Source: Camelus dromedarius
Lineage: Eukaryota
DNA: 64,000 nucleotides
Direction: 5' to 3'
NCBI RefSeq assembly: GCF_036321535.1
Contig: NC_087436.1
Location: forward strand, 121,274,001 to 121,338,000
Shown piece by piece: positions 34,592 through 47,749 of the stretch. A program made the translations under genes and the position numbers. Each line of letters begins with the position of its first letter. Position 1 is the first letter of the stretch. The notes under the pieces are model-generated. The model saw only the letters and a list, made by a program, of their open reading frames with translations. It was not told the origin of the DNA and did no database searches.

Positions 34592-37500
34592 GAGGTCAGT
34601 GACTCTGCCCGGAAGCCACCTGCTGTCCTCACACTTCCTCTGTACTAGTAACAGCTCCCCTTTCTCTCCAGAGGGAGTCCCATTCGGGGCAATAAGGTGC
34701 ATGGTCACTCAGCCTAAGAAATGTCCCCTGCAGAGTGCCCCAGCACATCCGGGGCCTTGGTGGCGTCCCTCGCGGGCTGGGCCAACAGCGGACAGGCTGC
34801 CATAGCTGGTTCCTCCTATCACAGCACAGGAGGAATTCCAGAAGCCAGTGGATGGGCTTCCTTGGCAGGGAAAGGTGGTGGAGCTGCTGGGGTGGGCAGC
34901 CCGGCGGGGCCCGACCCTCAGAGGTCTGAGGCAATGCTGTTGCGGGCAGTTCACTGGTGCTGGTCATTTTCCATAATTACAGAAAAGGAGGGCTGGTGAG
35001 CAGAAGGCTGCTGCCAGCTGCCCCAACAGAAAGCCACCACCCCTCTACCGTCCCCAGATCTCAGTTCAAGGACCCAGAGCCCTTTTGCAGAAGGACCCTG
35101 CCATGCCACTCTCTCTAGCTGGCCTGTCTCCCAGCCTTCCCCTAGGGCCCAGCCAATTTGCCAGGTAACTTGGTCCCAGAAAGGAGGACACCCAGGCTTT
35201 TTGAGAATTGTTCCTTTTAGAGTTTGAGATGATACTGGTTCTGGGATAACCCAAGCCCCGCTCTGTCCTCTGGTTATAGTTGGGGCTCATATGGAAATTG
35301 ACCAAGTCCATCTCATGAGGCAACAGTGGGCCCGCAGATCCCCATGGGTATTTCCCTGGCCCCCAAATACAGAATTGGACAGAAAGACTACTCGGCCACT
35401 CACAGGACCCTCCTGGTGATACCCTGCCTTGTGGAGTCAGGGATCCTATGGGGGGAGTCCCTGACCTGGCCCCACCCTGGCGAAACCATCTGTCGGGAGC
35501 CAGCCCTATCCCAGAAGGATTGGTTCAGCAAGGGAGCACATGTGGTCCACATTTCTCCTGTGTCACTGTCCCTGTACAGGTCACATCTTGGGTTTGGCTC
35601 CCTGCTCTGTCCAGAAATTCTCCAATTTACCTAACCCCTTGTAATTTTTTTAAAAAGTTTTTTCTGCACAAAGTAACTTATCTGCAACTACAAGCTGTGA
35701 CCTGTGATGGGGGGTCTCCTCCTGGTCTGAGAGACCCCAGGCTCGCCTGACTCCACTGTCCGGCATCGCAGAAGGGTCCCACACAGACCACTGCCAAGTG
35801 CAAGAGCTGGGATCTGACTCCCAGAGCCTGGCGCAGCTCCACACAGCCCCTTCCTAAGCCCTGGGACATCAGCAGAAGGCCAGTGGACACACACTGCCAG
35901 GGCCCTCTCCCGAGCCTGCCTCAGCCCTGCCATCCCTGCTCAGAATCCCCAGGGGCCCTGCTGTCTGAGTCCCAAGGCCAATGTTCCAGGATCCCCTCTA
36001 CAAGGCCCCTTTCTGCCTTCCAAGAAGTTGAGGGGATTGGCGCTTAGGCCTTACAGCCAGGCATTCCCTGTGCAGCTGGAAACAAGGCCAGTTCAGAAAG
36101 CCGGTGGTCAAGCCACCAGCATGACCCGAGGTCCTCTCCCTTCTCCCTAGTAGGTACCCACCCCACGTGCCTGTCCTTGGCCGGATGGCTAGGAAGCCGC
36201 CCTCACGACCATCAGCTGCCTCCTCACTATCAGGGCTCCGCCCAGAAGTCACACACACCCTGTCACCGGTCCAGCACTCTGTAGGGGCCAAGTCCAGGTC
36301 TGTCTCACACCCCCCGGACCACCCACCTCCACCCGGCACTCCTGTACAGGAAGGACCATCAGAGGATAGATGTCTGAGTGTCCATCCATACCAGGCACGT
36401 GCCAGACTTGGGGACAAGTGTTTAGGGCGGGAGAGCAGGAGGCTCCAGGGGTTCCTGGCCGACCAGCCCAGCAGGTGAGATGGCCCAGGGGGCTGGCAGG
36501 CCAAGAGGGTTGCTTCAGGAAGTGTTTGGGAACCATGTCCAGGCCCCTGGGCAGATGTGTGTTCCCAGAAGAGCTCTTGGCTGTGTGTGTTGTGGGGACA
36601 ACAAGAGGGGCAGCGGTGACCCTGGGGAGTGGGGACAGTGACCCAGCCTCAAGGAGGGACGCGTTGGGTTCGAGAGGCTCGAGGCAGCAGTGGGGGCAGG
36701 AGAGGAGACGGGGACTAAGAACCAGGGGGCAAGGCTGGCATGGAACCCAGGGGCTAGCTAGGGCAGCTGGGGACACAGGGAGTTGGACATGGGGCCAAGT
36801 GCCCCCAGCTTGGGCCTTGCTCACCCCCACCCCGAAATCCTCGGCTCCAAGCCGCCCCTCCCTGGCCTTCCGGGCTGGGCAGACCACCTGACTCTGAACG
36901 TCTGCACAATCCACCAGCTGTACCCTGTGTTTTAGAATCCCCTAGGATTGGTGGACAGAATAAATCAAATGAAGCATATGTTGTATTTAACTGAAACACA
37001 TGAAATTAATTAAATACAGCATATTGTTACTAAATAGAACTTGTACTCATTAGGGACATTGTTACCAAATAGAGTATGCATTAGCGAAACAGACCATACT
37101 GCTTCAGAGCAGAACATGCGCTCGCCAACCAGAGCAACGTTTCTGCACCAGAAGTGCTCCGCTTTCCCCTGAGGCCCCAGGAAAGACCACAGGGGCCGCT
37201 GGTGGCCCGGGACAGGCAGGCTCACGCGGGCAAGTTCACGAAGCAGGAAAGGGGGGCCCTGCGGGGTGTGAACGACCCCTCCCGTGGGGACCCGACTTCG
37301 AAGTGCTTTTTCTCCTGAAGCACCTAGACACAGCTGAAACAGAACTCATCCTGCCGGAAACGCACTTACTGTGGGGAAATGCATGTTAGGAGGTTGTGTT
37401 TTCCTTCACAGAGAATAAATAAGAAATCAGAAACATCGCCGCAAAACATGGAAATGACAAGGGGGTCATTTCTAAACATGGCACTTTGAGATCTTGGCGA

Positions 37501-38639
37501 TGCCGCGATGAAGTCTCATCCCGCGCTCTGCCCCCGGGAGGACACAGGGACTCGCGTTTCAGACGAGGACTTTGGAGGAATCAGCACCCCTTTTTTAAAT
37601 GGCCCGTTCCTTGTTCTGCATCAGTCTCCCCTGTGTGCACAAGCTGAAGCAGCTGGCCCAGCGAGCCTGCGTCTGGAGGGGCCCTGTCTGTGCCAAATTC
37701 CCTTGGGCAGGATCAGCACCAAGGCCATGGCTGGTGGGTGCCCCTGGGTACCTGGTGGTGCTGGGTGCTGTCCCTGCCAGCCTTTCCATCCTCTGCCCCC
37801 CACGTCTTGCTCCTGCCCATTCACAGCCTGGAGCCCGGGGCTCAGGCGACGGTGCCCAGCCTGGCCTCCAGCCTCCCAGTGGGCTGCCCTGCCTGCCTCC
37901 TCAAGTTGCTCTAAGCTCTGGTCCGTTCACACCGCAGACCCAGCTTGCCAGCACCCAGAGGAGCGGCAAGCACGGCCACCGGGCGTGCGTCTGTTCCCGC
38001 TGTTCCCGAGGAGGAGTGTCGGCAAGGCTGGCCGGGCCCGGACCCGCGCCCCCAAGCTCAGGTGTCAGCCAGCTCCGGCTCCAGGGCGGGTCAGCCTCCC
38101 CGTCAGCGGAATCCCAGGGCTCGGTGCTGTGGCCTGGATGTCTGTGTCCTGGAGATGGCAGAGCCCTCGCGAGTGCCTTGGGTGCCCTTATGAACAGGAC
38201 CCCAGGGAGCTCCCTGCCCTCTGGGTCACTAGAGGACGCGGTGGGACAACGCTGTCCATGCACCGGGAAGCGGGTCCTCACCAGAGGCCGGACCTGCCAG
38301 CGCCTCGGTCTTGGCTCCCCACCTCCAGAGCTCTGAGGAGTTCTGATTGTCTTCTAAGCCCCCAGCCCCGGGGGGACATTGTAGAAGCCGCCCCGACAGA
38401 CTAGGACCCCAGCATCCAGGGGCAGGGTCCCTGCCGCCGCCAGCACGTCCACGGCACCCCGATACTCACCGCCCCAGAGTCATGGGAACCACACGTCCCG
38501 TTTGCCCAAATACCAGTACATGTAAGTGAAGCCAGTGCAATGTTTGGTAACATCCTTTCGTCCTTCCATCTTGACAAAATTCCCACAAAACAAAATGGAA
38601 AAATGGAGCTAAAGCTAATGGGTATTTTCCCCAATATTT

Positions 38640-39668
38640 AAAAATTGTGCTAAGATAGACAAACATAAAATTTACCATCTTAACTATTTTTTTGTATTAT
38701 TGAAGTACAGTTAGTTGCAATGTGCCAGTCTCTGGTGCACAGCACAACGTCCCAGTCACGCATATACACACATATATTCATTTTCATATTTTTTTTCATT
38801 AAAGGTTATTACAAGATATTGAATACAATCCCCTGTGCTATACAGAAGAAATTTGGTTTTTTATCTATTTTTATATATAGTGGCTAAAATTTGCAAATCT
38901 CATTAACTATTTTTAAGTGCACAGCTCAGTGGCATTAAGTGCATTCACACTGTTGTGCAGCCGTCACCACCACCCACGCACAAGAACTTTCTCATCTTCC
39001 CAAACTCTTCCCCCGTTAAACACTAATTCCCCATCCCCCTCCCCCGGTGCCCACCACTCTACTTTCTGTCTCTAAGGATTTGACTCCTCTGGGGACCTCA
39101 TATTAGTGGAATCACACAGGATTTCTCTTCCTGTGTCTGGCTTATTTCACTGAGCATCACGTCTCCAGGTTCATCCATGTTCAGCAGGTGTCACGGTTTC
39201 CTTCCTCTTCAGGGCTGAATGATCCTATTGTGTGGATGGACCACATTTTGTTTATCCATTTATCTGTCAGCGGACATTGGCTGTTGTGAAGGATGTGGCT
39301 GTGGACGTGGGTGTACAAGTATCTGTTCCAGTTTCTGCTTTCAGTTCTTTGGGGTTTATACCAAGAAGTGGAAATTTTGATTCATATGGTAATTCTGTTT
39401 TTAATTTTTTGAAGAACCACCATGCTGTTTTGTGCAAAGGCATTTTACATCCCACAGACAGTGCATGAGGATTCCAGCTTCTCCTCATCCTTGCTAACAC
39501 TTGTTATTTTCTGGGTTTTTTGGTTTTTTTGTTTTTTGTTTTTTTTTTTTTGGTGGCCATTCTGATGGGTATGAGATGGTATCTCTTTATGGGTTTGGTT
39601 TGCATTTCTCTGATGGTTAATGATGTTGAGCACCCTGTCAGGTGCATATTGGCCATTCGTATGTCTTC
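38640..39668 (-). mobile_element. L1MB-like 3' end with a younger L1 3' end nested at ~38691-38902
   Basis: ACATAAAATTTACCATCTTAAC...GTGGCATTAAGTGCATTCACACTGTTGTGCA; ORF2 C-terminal remnants ([10 protein letters not shown]). Nested insert flanked by TTAACTATTTT at 38680 and 38903. Confidence 0.85.
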
Positions 39669-39789
39669 ATAAGCTATGGCTTTTATACGACCACACAATA
39701 GCAAAATATCACAACTATGTATTGTTACTTATGTCTAGGTTTTTATGGGTCCACTGTGACTGGATGGGTAATAACAGAAAACAATGCTC

Positions 39790-41100
39790 TATTCATAAAT
39801 TTATAAATATAGCAAATGATAGTTATTACAAAAAACTTTTCCTGTGTTCATTTTAGCAAAATCTGTAATTACATTGTTATAATCTAGATTTCAATTTGTG
39901 TTGTATTTTCAATTTGAAGAAGCTTTTCTCTGCTGAGGCAAAAGCAAACATTTACAGTTGAAAAAGAACCACAGGTTTTATGCATCATGTTCAAATGCTG
40001 TGGGGTTGCGTGCAATACATTCTCATTATCACAGAAAACATTACAATCTAGTTTAATTTCATCATAGAAACCACTATCACATGGCAAGATTTTCACCTTC
40101 TCTTAAAACTGTATTTAGCTTCATGCAGGATTTCTAAAGTTCTCATTTCAGATTTTCAGTGTTGAGATATTATTTTTAAAATACCAAAATATTACTCAAT
40201 TTATTCAAATCTCTCTTCAACTGAGATTATGGCTTAATCTAAAAGGACAGAGGACAACATCTAAGGAACGACTTCAGGTTGTTTTTACACAGATCATCTC
40301 CTTCTCCATCACGCAGGCATTTCCATTTCCTTCTGGTGTCCTTGCATTTTACTAGAACGCTATTTTTGTTGCTTGTTTTACATGCAGTTTTGTTTTTTTT
40401 TTTTTTTTTGATGGAGAAAAGCTATTTTCTCCCCAATAAAAGAAAAGTTTTTCATTTTTTAAACATGAAATAGTCAACCTTGTATAATTCTTTTTCTTTT
40501 TCTTTTTTTGGTAAGCTTTTTCTAAGGTTATCACTAGCAATCAACATACCAAAGACTAGAATAAAGCAAATCTGAAACCTGTTTCATTTTCCTCTGAAGA
40601 CCACATTCATCTTTATCTGAGATGTTCTGTTATTTCACTTAACTCCTGTAATGCAGATTGAATCTTGTATAAATTAAATCTAATTGCTTTAACAGCATTT
40701 AATGACATTCTTTTTGTGCTGCTGAGGGTGAGTGTAAGGCCAAATATGACACATGCTTCATCAAGAGGGCCTGTCTTTGGGCAGATGCAGAAGCCACCGA
40801 GTGCAACCATTGTCCTGTTCCCAAGCACGTCATCACCGCTGGCGTCCTCAAAGCCACGTCTCCCAGTAATGAACTCAGGCTCCGTGCCAGCGCTGGCACG
40901 GAGGAGCTTTCTGGGTTTCTGGCCAAAATTTTGGCTTGTTTATGTTTCCCTTTATGCATCGCGACAGCACCATAAGCAGTCTCCCCCTGACAATCTTTTA
41001 AAGTATTTAAATAAGAGTAAAATCATTCTATTTCATTGCTGAAAATTTAATCGAATGTTATTAAATAAACAATTCACAGCTTTAGCGTCCAGTGTCTACC
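39790..41100 (-). mobile_element. hAT transposase fossil (Tip100/Zaphod-like)
   Basis: Ordered degenerate motifs on the minus strand: LKDCQGETAYG (cf. DCRGQxYDG), KGKHKQAKILARNPESSSVPALARSLSSLLGDVA (cf. CxxHxLNL region), LNAVKAIRFNL, ASAEKSFFKLKI at 39939-39904 (cf. ASAERSFSKLK, hAT dimerisation domain), DYNNVITDFAK. Confidence 0.8.
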
Positions 41101-41949
41101 GTGTTGTGGGTCTGACATAGAGGTGGCGCACGTCACTGCCAGCTCCAGCCCCACTGCCCGTAAATAGATGAGGGATGTGGACCCTCAGCATCGCAAAATG
41201 CCCCCCAGCCGACGCAGGAAACCGCAGCGAAGGCTCTGCTGATTTCCGAGGACCTCTGGACACAAGCAAGGCAAGCGGACGTCAGCATGTATCCCGTGGG
41301 AATCTACGGCATTCACTTCGCCTGCGACGGAGGAGGTGGCGGATCTGCTCATCTATCGTGGACCTTAACCTAAGTTCTTTCAACGGGGAGCTTCACAAAG
41401 GAAAGAAAAGGGGCTTCCTCTCCACGTGGGCTTCCACTCCCGTCGTAACAGTAAGAAAAATCCAGAGGGAAAAGTTTCACTTTTCTATGGGGTTAGTAGA
41501 CCAGTGGGTGCAAGGAATCGTTTATGAACAGAATTCCTGAGAAAGACGAGCAGTTAATTCATCAGAGTATGGCAGCGACGTCCACGCCTGGAACGGGAGA
41601 GTGGGCCGCAGACAAGCAGGTGGAGGGGCAGGGATGGGGAGAAACGACCGTCTTAGATGGCAAGTCACTAAGGCCTGCCCTCTCCCACCCAGACCCAGGT
41701 TTTGTAAAGAAAGTGAGAGGAGAGGCTCGGGCAGTGGACAGAAGTCCGCTCTCCCAGCGCCCACGGGGCTGTGATGCCAGCGCTCTGCCAGAGCGAAAGC
41801 TGAGGTGAACCAAGTATGCCTGACACTGAACTCGGCCTCTTGGCTCGAACACTGACGAGATCAAAAAGGCTGCAGGGCAGTGGGAGGTGGAGATTTAGGC
41901 TAAAAGTAAGCAAACTGAATATAATTAAACTTGACTTTTGGAGGAATCT

Positions 41950-44900
41950 GAATGATAAGCCTTTCACTCAAACTGAGGACATGGCTTGCATTCTGTGCAG
42001 AACAAAATCAAAGCAAAATATTACATATCAGTTGCTACTGTTCATTTGCACACAATGTCTGGAATGAAATAAAAAATTACAAGAAGCGTGAAGAAGCAGG
42101 AAACTTCGACCTGTCATTAGAAGCAAACACAATCAGAAGATGCAGACCAGGGTGAGCCAAGAACTGAAATTAACCGACACATAATATGAAACAATATATA
42201 GCTATGCACTACAATCTAAGGATAAAGATAGAAATAACAGATACAGAGATGGGGGATATCAGAAGACAAATGGAAACGCTAGAATCTCAGAAGAAATTCA
42301 ATAACCGAAAACTACGTTATCACAATATCTGAAATAAAAATTATTGGCCAGGCTTCTAGACACTGAAAAAGGAAATTTCAGTGCACTTGAAGACAGATCA
42401 ATATGAATACTCCAAATCAAATCACAGAGAGGGGAAAAAACACTGAGCAAAAGGACAAGCGTGCCTGTGGCCTATGAGATAAAATTGAGTGATGTGACAT
42501 ACTTGTAATTGGAGTCCTAGAAAGAGAAAATAGGAGAAATACATGAAAAGAAATGGGCACATTTTTCTCGTTTGGTTTTTTGAAAATCAATCCATAGATC
42601 CCTAAGCTCAACAAACCCCAAACAGGATAAACACAAAGAAAACAAACATAGATGCAAATTGTTGGAAACAAAACCTAAAATCTTAGAAGCATTCAGAGGG
42701 AAAAAAAGATGACTTATATTACTACAATAATAAAAATGATTGAGTTCTTAACAGAAACAACGGAAGCCCCAAGACACAAGAGCAACATTTTTAAAAGAAT
42801 GGGAAGAAAAATTGTCAGCTGAGAAGTCTACATCCAGTAAAAATAGCTTTGAGAAATAAGGGCAAAATAAAGGCATTTTCAGGTAAACAAAAGTGAATCC
42901 ATTACTAGTATCTGCATGCTGCAACAAATGCTAAAAGATACACAAAATAGATAACAAGTTCATACTGTACAGCACAGGGAACTATATTCAATATCTTGTA
43001 GAGACTTACAGTGAAAAAGAATATGAAAGCAAACGTATGTGTGTTTATGTATGACTGAAGCAATGTGCTGTACACCAGAGTAAACTATACTTCAATTAAA
43101 AAAAATATATATATATATACAAAACAACAACAACAACAACAACGTTAAAGAAGTTCTTTGGCTGAAGGGAAGCGATGCCAGATGGAAATCTGGGGTCCAC
43201 ACGAAGGAATGAAGAGCAGTAGAAATGGTGAATGTGAAAAACCTTTTCCCTTTTCTTCATTTCTTTAGAGGATAATTGTACATTTAAAGCGAATATAATA
43301 ACAATATTTTATGAGGTTTATAACAAAAGTACATGTAAAAATATGCAACAATAGCACAAAAGATGGGAAGGAAATGGAATCATATGTTGAAAGGTTCTTA
43401 CATTACACGTGAAGCAGTGTAATACGATTTCAAAGCAGACTGAGGTAAATTAAGGGTACATACTGGAATCCCTGGAGCAACCTCTAAAAAAATACCTCAG
43501 AGTAGTATAGCTAAAAACTCAATGGAAGGGTTAAAATTTAAAAAAAAAATTTAAATCAGTTAATCCAAAAGAAAGCAGCAAAGGGAGAAACAAAAGAGCA
43601 AAGAACAAATAGGACAAACAGTAAACAGTAAGATTACAGTTGGACTTAAACTTATAATATCACCAATTACATTAAATATAAATGGGCTAAATGCTCCCAT
43701 TAAAAGGAAGAACATTTCAGATTGGGTTTTTAAAAAACTGCTACATTCTAGTTTAACAGAAACATTATTTAAATATTAAAACACATTTAGATTGAAAGTG
43801 AAAGGATAGAAAAAGAAATACTGTGAAAAATAGCCATAAGAAATTTGGAGTGGCTGTATCTTCAAATATCTGAAGCAAAATTGTGAAAATTAAAAGGAGA
43901 CAGTAATAATAGACAAAACATACTTACAACTCAATATTTTAATATTTTTATGTAATAAATTGATGAGAAAAACAGACAAAATAATCAATAAGCATATGAA
44001 AGATTTGAACACCACCATCAAACAACCTAACCTAGTTAATGTGTGTAGGAGATGATGCCCACCAGCTACAGAATACAGACTGGTTTCAAGTGTACACAGA
44101 ACATTTACCAGGAGAGAACATATGCAGGGCCATGAAATTAATCTTATTAATTTTAAAAGATTGAAGTCATGAAGTGTTAAGTTCTCTGACAACAACAGAA
44201 ATCAATAATGAGATCTAGAAAATCACTTGATTTTTGACAAGTAGGTAATACAATTCTAAATAATCCATAGGTCAAAGTAGAAATCATTAAAGAAATTAGA
44301 AAAATACTTTTAACTGAATTATAAGAAACTCAAATTATTAAGAATTGTAGTACATAGCTAAAGTTCTTATAGGGGTAAACTTATAATTGAAAACGTTTGT
44401 AACAGAAAACAGTGGCTTGAAATTAATGATCTAAGCTTTCACATTAAGAAGCAAGAAAATAAAAGAGTAAATTAAACCTAAAATAAATGAAGGAAAGAAA
44501 TAATAAAAATAAGAGTGGAAAGTAGTGAAAGAGAGAAGAGCCAAAGCACAGAAGAAAAACAAACACATAAATTAGAGAGCCAAAAGTTGGTTTTTCAAAA
44601 AGATTAATACAATTTATCAAACCTTAGTAAGAGTAATGAGAGAAGGAAAAACAAACTGCGAATATCAGGAATATCATTACCAAGCCGACAGATATTTAAA
44701 GGATAGAATTGACACAACATTGTAAAATTATTATCAATCAATAAAAAATGTTAAAGAAATAAATAAATAAAGGCTAGAAGAGTATGAACAACTTGATGAC
44801 CACAGACTTTTATATAAAAATGGAAAAATTCCTTTAAAAACAAAACAAAAATTACACAAGAGGAAGTAGAAAGTCTGAATAGCCTGAATGTCAGTTAAAT

Positions 44901-46630
44901 AAGTTGAATTAATGATTAAGAATCTTTAAGGGAAAATGTGCTGGTGTCTGTGACTTACTTAGTAATGCATCACAAAATAAGATGATGTGATAGTTATCTG
45001 ATGAGGAAAGTATAACAAAATGTTAATTTAGGAAACGGATATGACTGCTCATTACATAATTCTGTCCATTTTTTCTGAGTGGTTGAAATTTTCATAATAA
45101 AATTTTAGGGGAAAAACAGCATTTTCCATAAAGAGAGTTACCCACAAATAAAATCCCAGGACCATATGGTGTTGGACTGAACCAAATAATTAAGGAAGAA
45201 ATAATACCATTTTTACACAAATTTTTCAGAAAATAGAGAAGGATGGACTACTTCTGAACTCATTTTATGAGGCCTGCATGTCTCCGATACCAAAACTTGA
45301 TGAGGACATCATGAGAAAAAGAAATTGCAGATCTACGCCTCATGAGCACAGATACAAAAATCCTTAGCAAAACATCACTGACTTGAATAACACACCATGA
45401 ACAGTACGGTTTATCCCAGGAATGCAAGGTTGGCTTAACACTCGAAAAGCGAACCTTGTAATTCACCACGTTAACGAAATAAAGGCAAACAATCTTGCGA
45501 TTATCTCAGTAAGTGCAGAGAAAGCATTTGTCAAAATTCATACTCATTTGTGATTAAAATCTAAACTAAAAATAGAAGGAAACTTCCTCAATTTGGTAAA
45601 GAGCATCTACGAACAACCTACAGCTAACCTCATACTCACTGGCGAAAGCCTGGGTATCTTTCCCCTAAGAATGAAGCCAGGCTGCTGCTCTCACAACTTC
45701 TTTTCAACATTGTACAGGAGGCCCCAGTCAAAAAAATAAAGCAAGAAACAGGAATAAAAGGCATACAGTTTAGAGAGTAAGAAGTAAACTGCCTTCATTC
45801 ACAAGAAACATGATTGTGAACACAGAAAGTCCTAAGGAATTTATTTAAAAAGCCATTAGACCAATTTTTGAGTTTGGCAGGGTTGTAGGCTACAGACATA
45901 AACATAGTTCTATACACTCCCAACAAACAATTGGAGAATTTGTACACTGAGGAATAGATTAATAAAGTATGCATCAGATTTCTCCAAAGGGAGAGAGATA
46001 CCCTGTTCGAAAACGGCAAGACAGTACTGACTGGTAACATGTCAGTTCTCACCAAGTTGATCTGTAGATTGATGCCATCCCAATCAAAATGTCAGCAGGC
46101 TTTTTTAGAGGGACAAGTTGACAAGCTGACTTAAAATGTACGTGGAAACACGGAAGATCTGTAGTAACCAAAATAATTTTAGAAACGAAGAACAAAGTTT
46201 GGAGGTTGATATCATCTGACCTCAAGACTTTCTATAAAGCTACAACAATCAAGATAATGTAGACATTTGACCAAGGGGACTGAATGGAGTATAGAAAGAC
46301 ATCCACTCATGTTCAGTAAATTGATTTTTGACAAAGGCATGAGAAAAATTCAGTGGGGGAAGGGAATGATTTTTAACAAAAGTACTGTTATAACTGGATA
46401 ACCATGGGAGAAGATGAACCCTGGCGTCTAACTCACATCACACACAGTAGTTAATCTGAGTTGGCTCAAAGGCCCAAACGCCAGCACAGCTGCCAGGACA
46501 GGCCACGGGGAGGCACCTTCACGACCGTGGTGAAGGTCTCTTAGGACACAGGAGCTCTAGCCATAGAAGAAAAATTCATTCAATAATTTTGCCTTAATCA
46601 GAAGTAAAATGTCTGCCACCAAAAGGCACC
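41950..46630 (+). mobile_element. Old, degenerate L1 (ORF1 and ORF2 remnants) with small younger L1 3'-end inserts at ~42940-43140 and ~44708-44768
   Basis: A-rich, recognisable ORF2 phrases (TTTATCCCAGGAATGCAAGGTTGGCTTAACA; GCAGAGAAAGCATTTGTCAAAATTCA; CCCAATCAAAAT). No long sense ORF. Confidence 0.85.
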
Positions 46631-47749
46631 ATTGACTTACATGCTCCACCCCAGTGGCGTCACAGGGTCTGGACGGACTCGCCCCTCCTCCATTTCAAAC
46701 AACTGAAAACCGGACCAAACACAGGAAACAACTGATTCCGAACACTGGACTGCAGTTCTGGGCTGAGCACCACGACCCCCTGTGGGGGACACCTCTGACT
46801 CCAGATCCCTCGGACGAAGCCCTCTGCGGCCCAGGCTCTGGGCGCCAGGGCCGGGCTGCACCCCGAGTCCCAGTTGGAAAGGAGCTCAGATCCGAGTGCG
46901 GAGGCTGTGAGCTGGGTGGATCTGGGGCCCGGCTGCATTTTCTGGGGGACATACACTGAACGTGGGGCCCAGAGTCCAGGCTGTGGGCTCCACTCCCCCC
47001 GATGGCTCCCCCATCGCCTGCAAGGCTCACTGCTCCGCACGGCGGCCCCAGGCTTCCTCCCGCCACTGGGGCCTCCTGCTCCAGGCTGTAACCTAAGCAG
47101 CTGCCCATTAAGATTCCATTCGTTTCAAAGGCTTGAGCTGCAGTTGATATTTCTAACGACTGTGAGATATAAATTGTCCCTATAATTTAAGGATAATTGC
47201 AGGAGATGCCAGCTGGCACCCCAGGGAGCCACACTGTTCCCAGGAGAACTTGGAAAGGTTCTTGAAAGTTCTCCAAACAGGAAAAGAGGAAGGCGTTTCG
47301 GAAAATGAGGGAGGCAGGGGTCAAGCACGAGGCTGGAATCTAAATTTCAAGGTTCTCAGGCTCCGGGAGCTCGCCCAGCAGAGGGAGGAGGGCTGGCGGG
47401 GGACCCGCCGAGGGGGGCTGTCCCCACACCTCGGGCAGCCTGCGCAGGGGAGGCCCCAGGAGCAGGACGGAGCGGTGAGTTAATAAGGAATCAGCCTGGT
47501 GGGGGAGTAAGAACAAACAGGTGTAAAAAGATAGGAAAGTTTCAGAAGCAGGTAGGAGGGCCTGTGGGGCGAGGCCTGCGTGGAGGGGTCTCGTGGGCGT
47601 GGACTGAGGGCAGCCTGAGCAGGAGCGGGCCGGGATCTGCACGCCGGGTTCCCCGTGACCGTGGCATCTTGGGAAGGCATTTTGACAACACCTATCCTTT
47701 GGCTCCTGCAACGCTGCAGGTAGGAATTTAGCATGTAAAAATACTCGCT

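Noticed and set aside
37508..38404. 298-aa and 245-aa ORFs (likewise 54273-55034, 60459-61349, 49945-50649)
   Set aside because: Pro/Gly/Ala/Arg-rich products typical of chance ORFs in GC-rich DNA; no domain or splice support.
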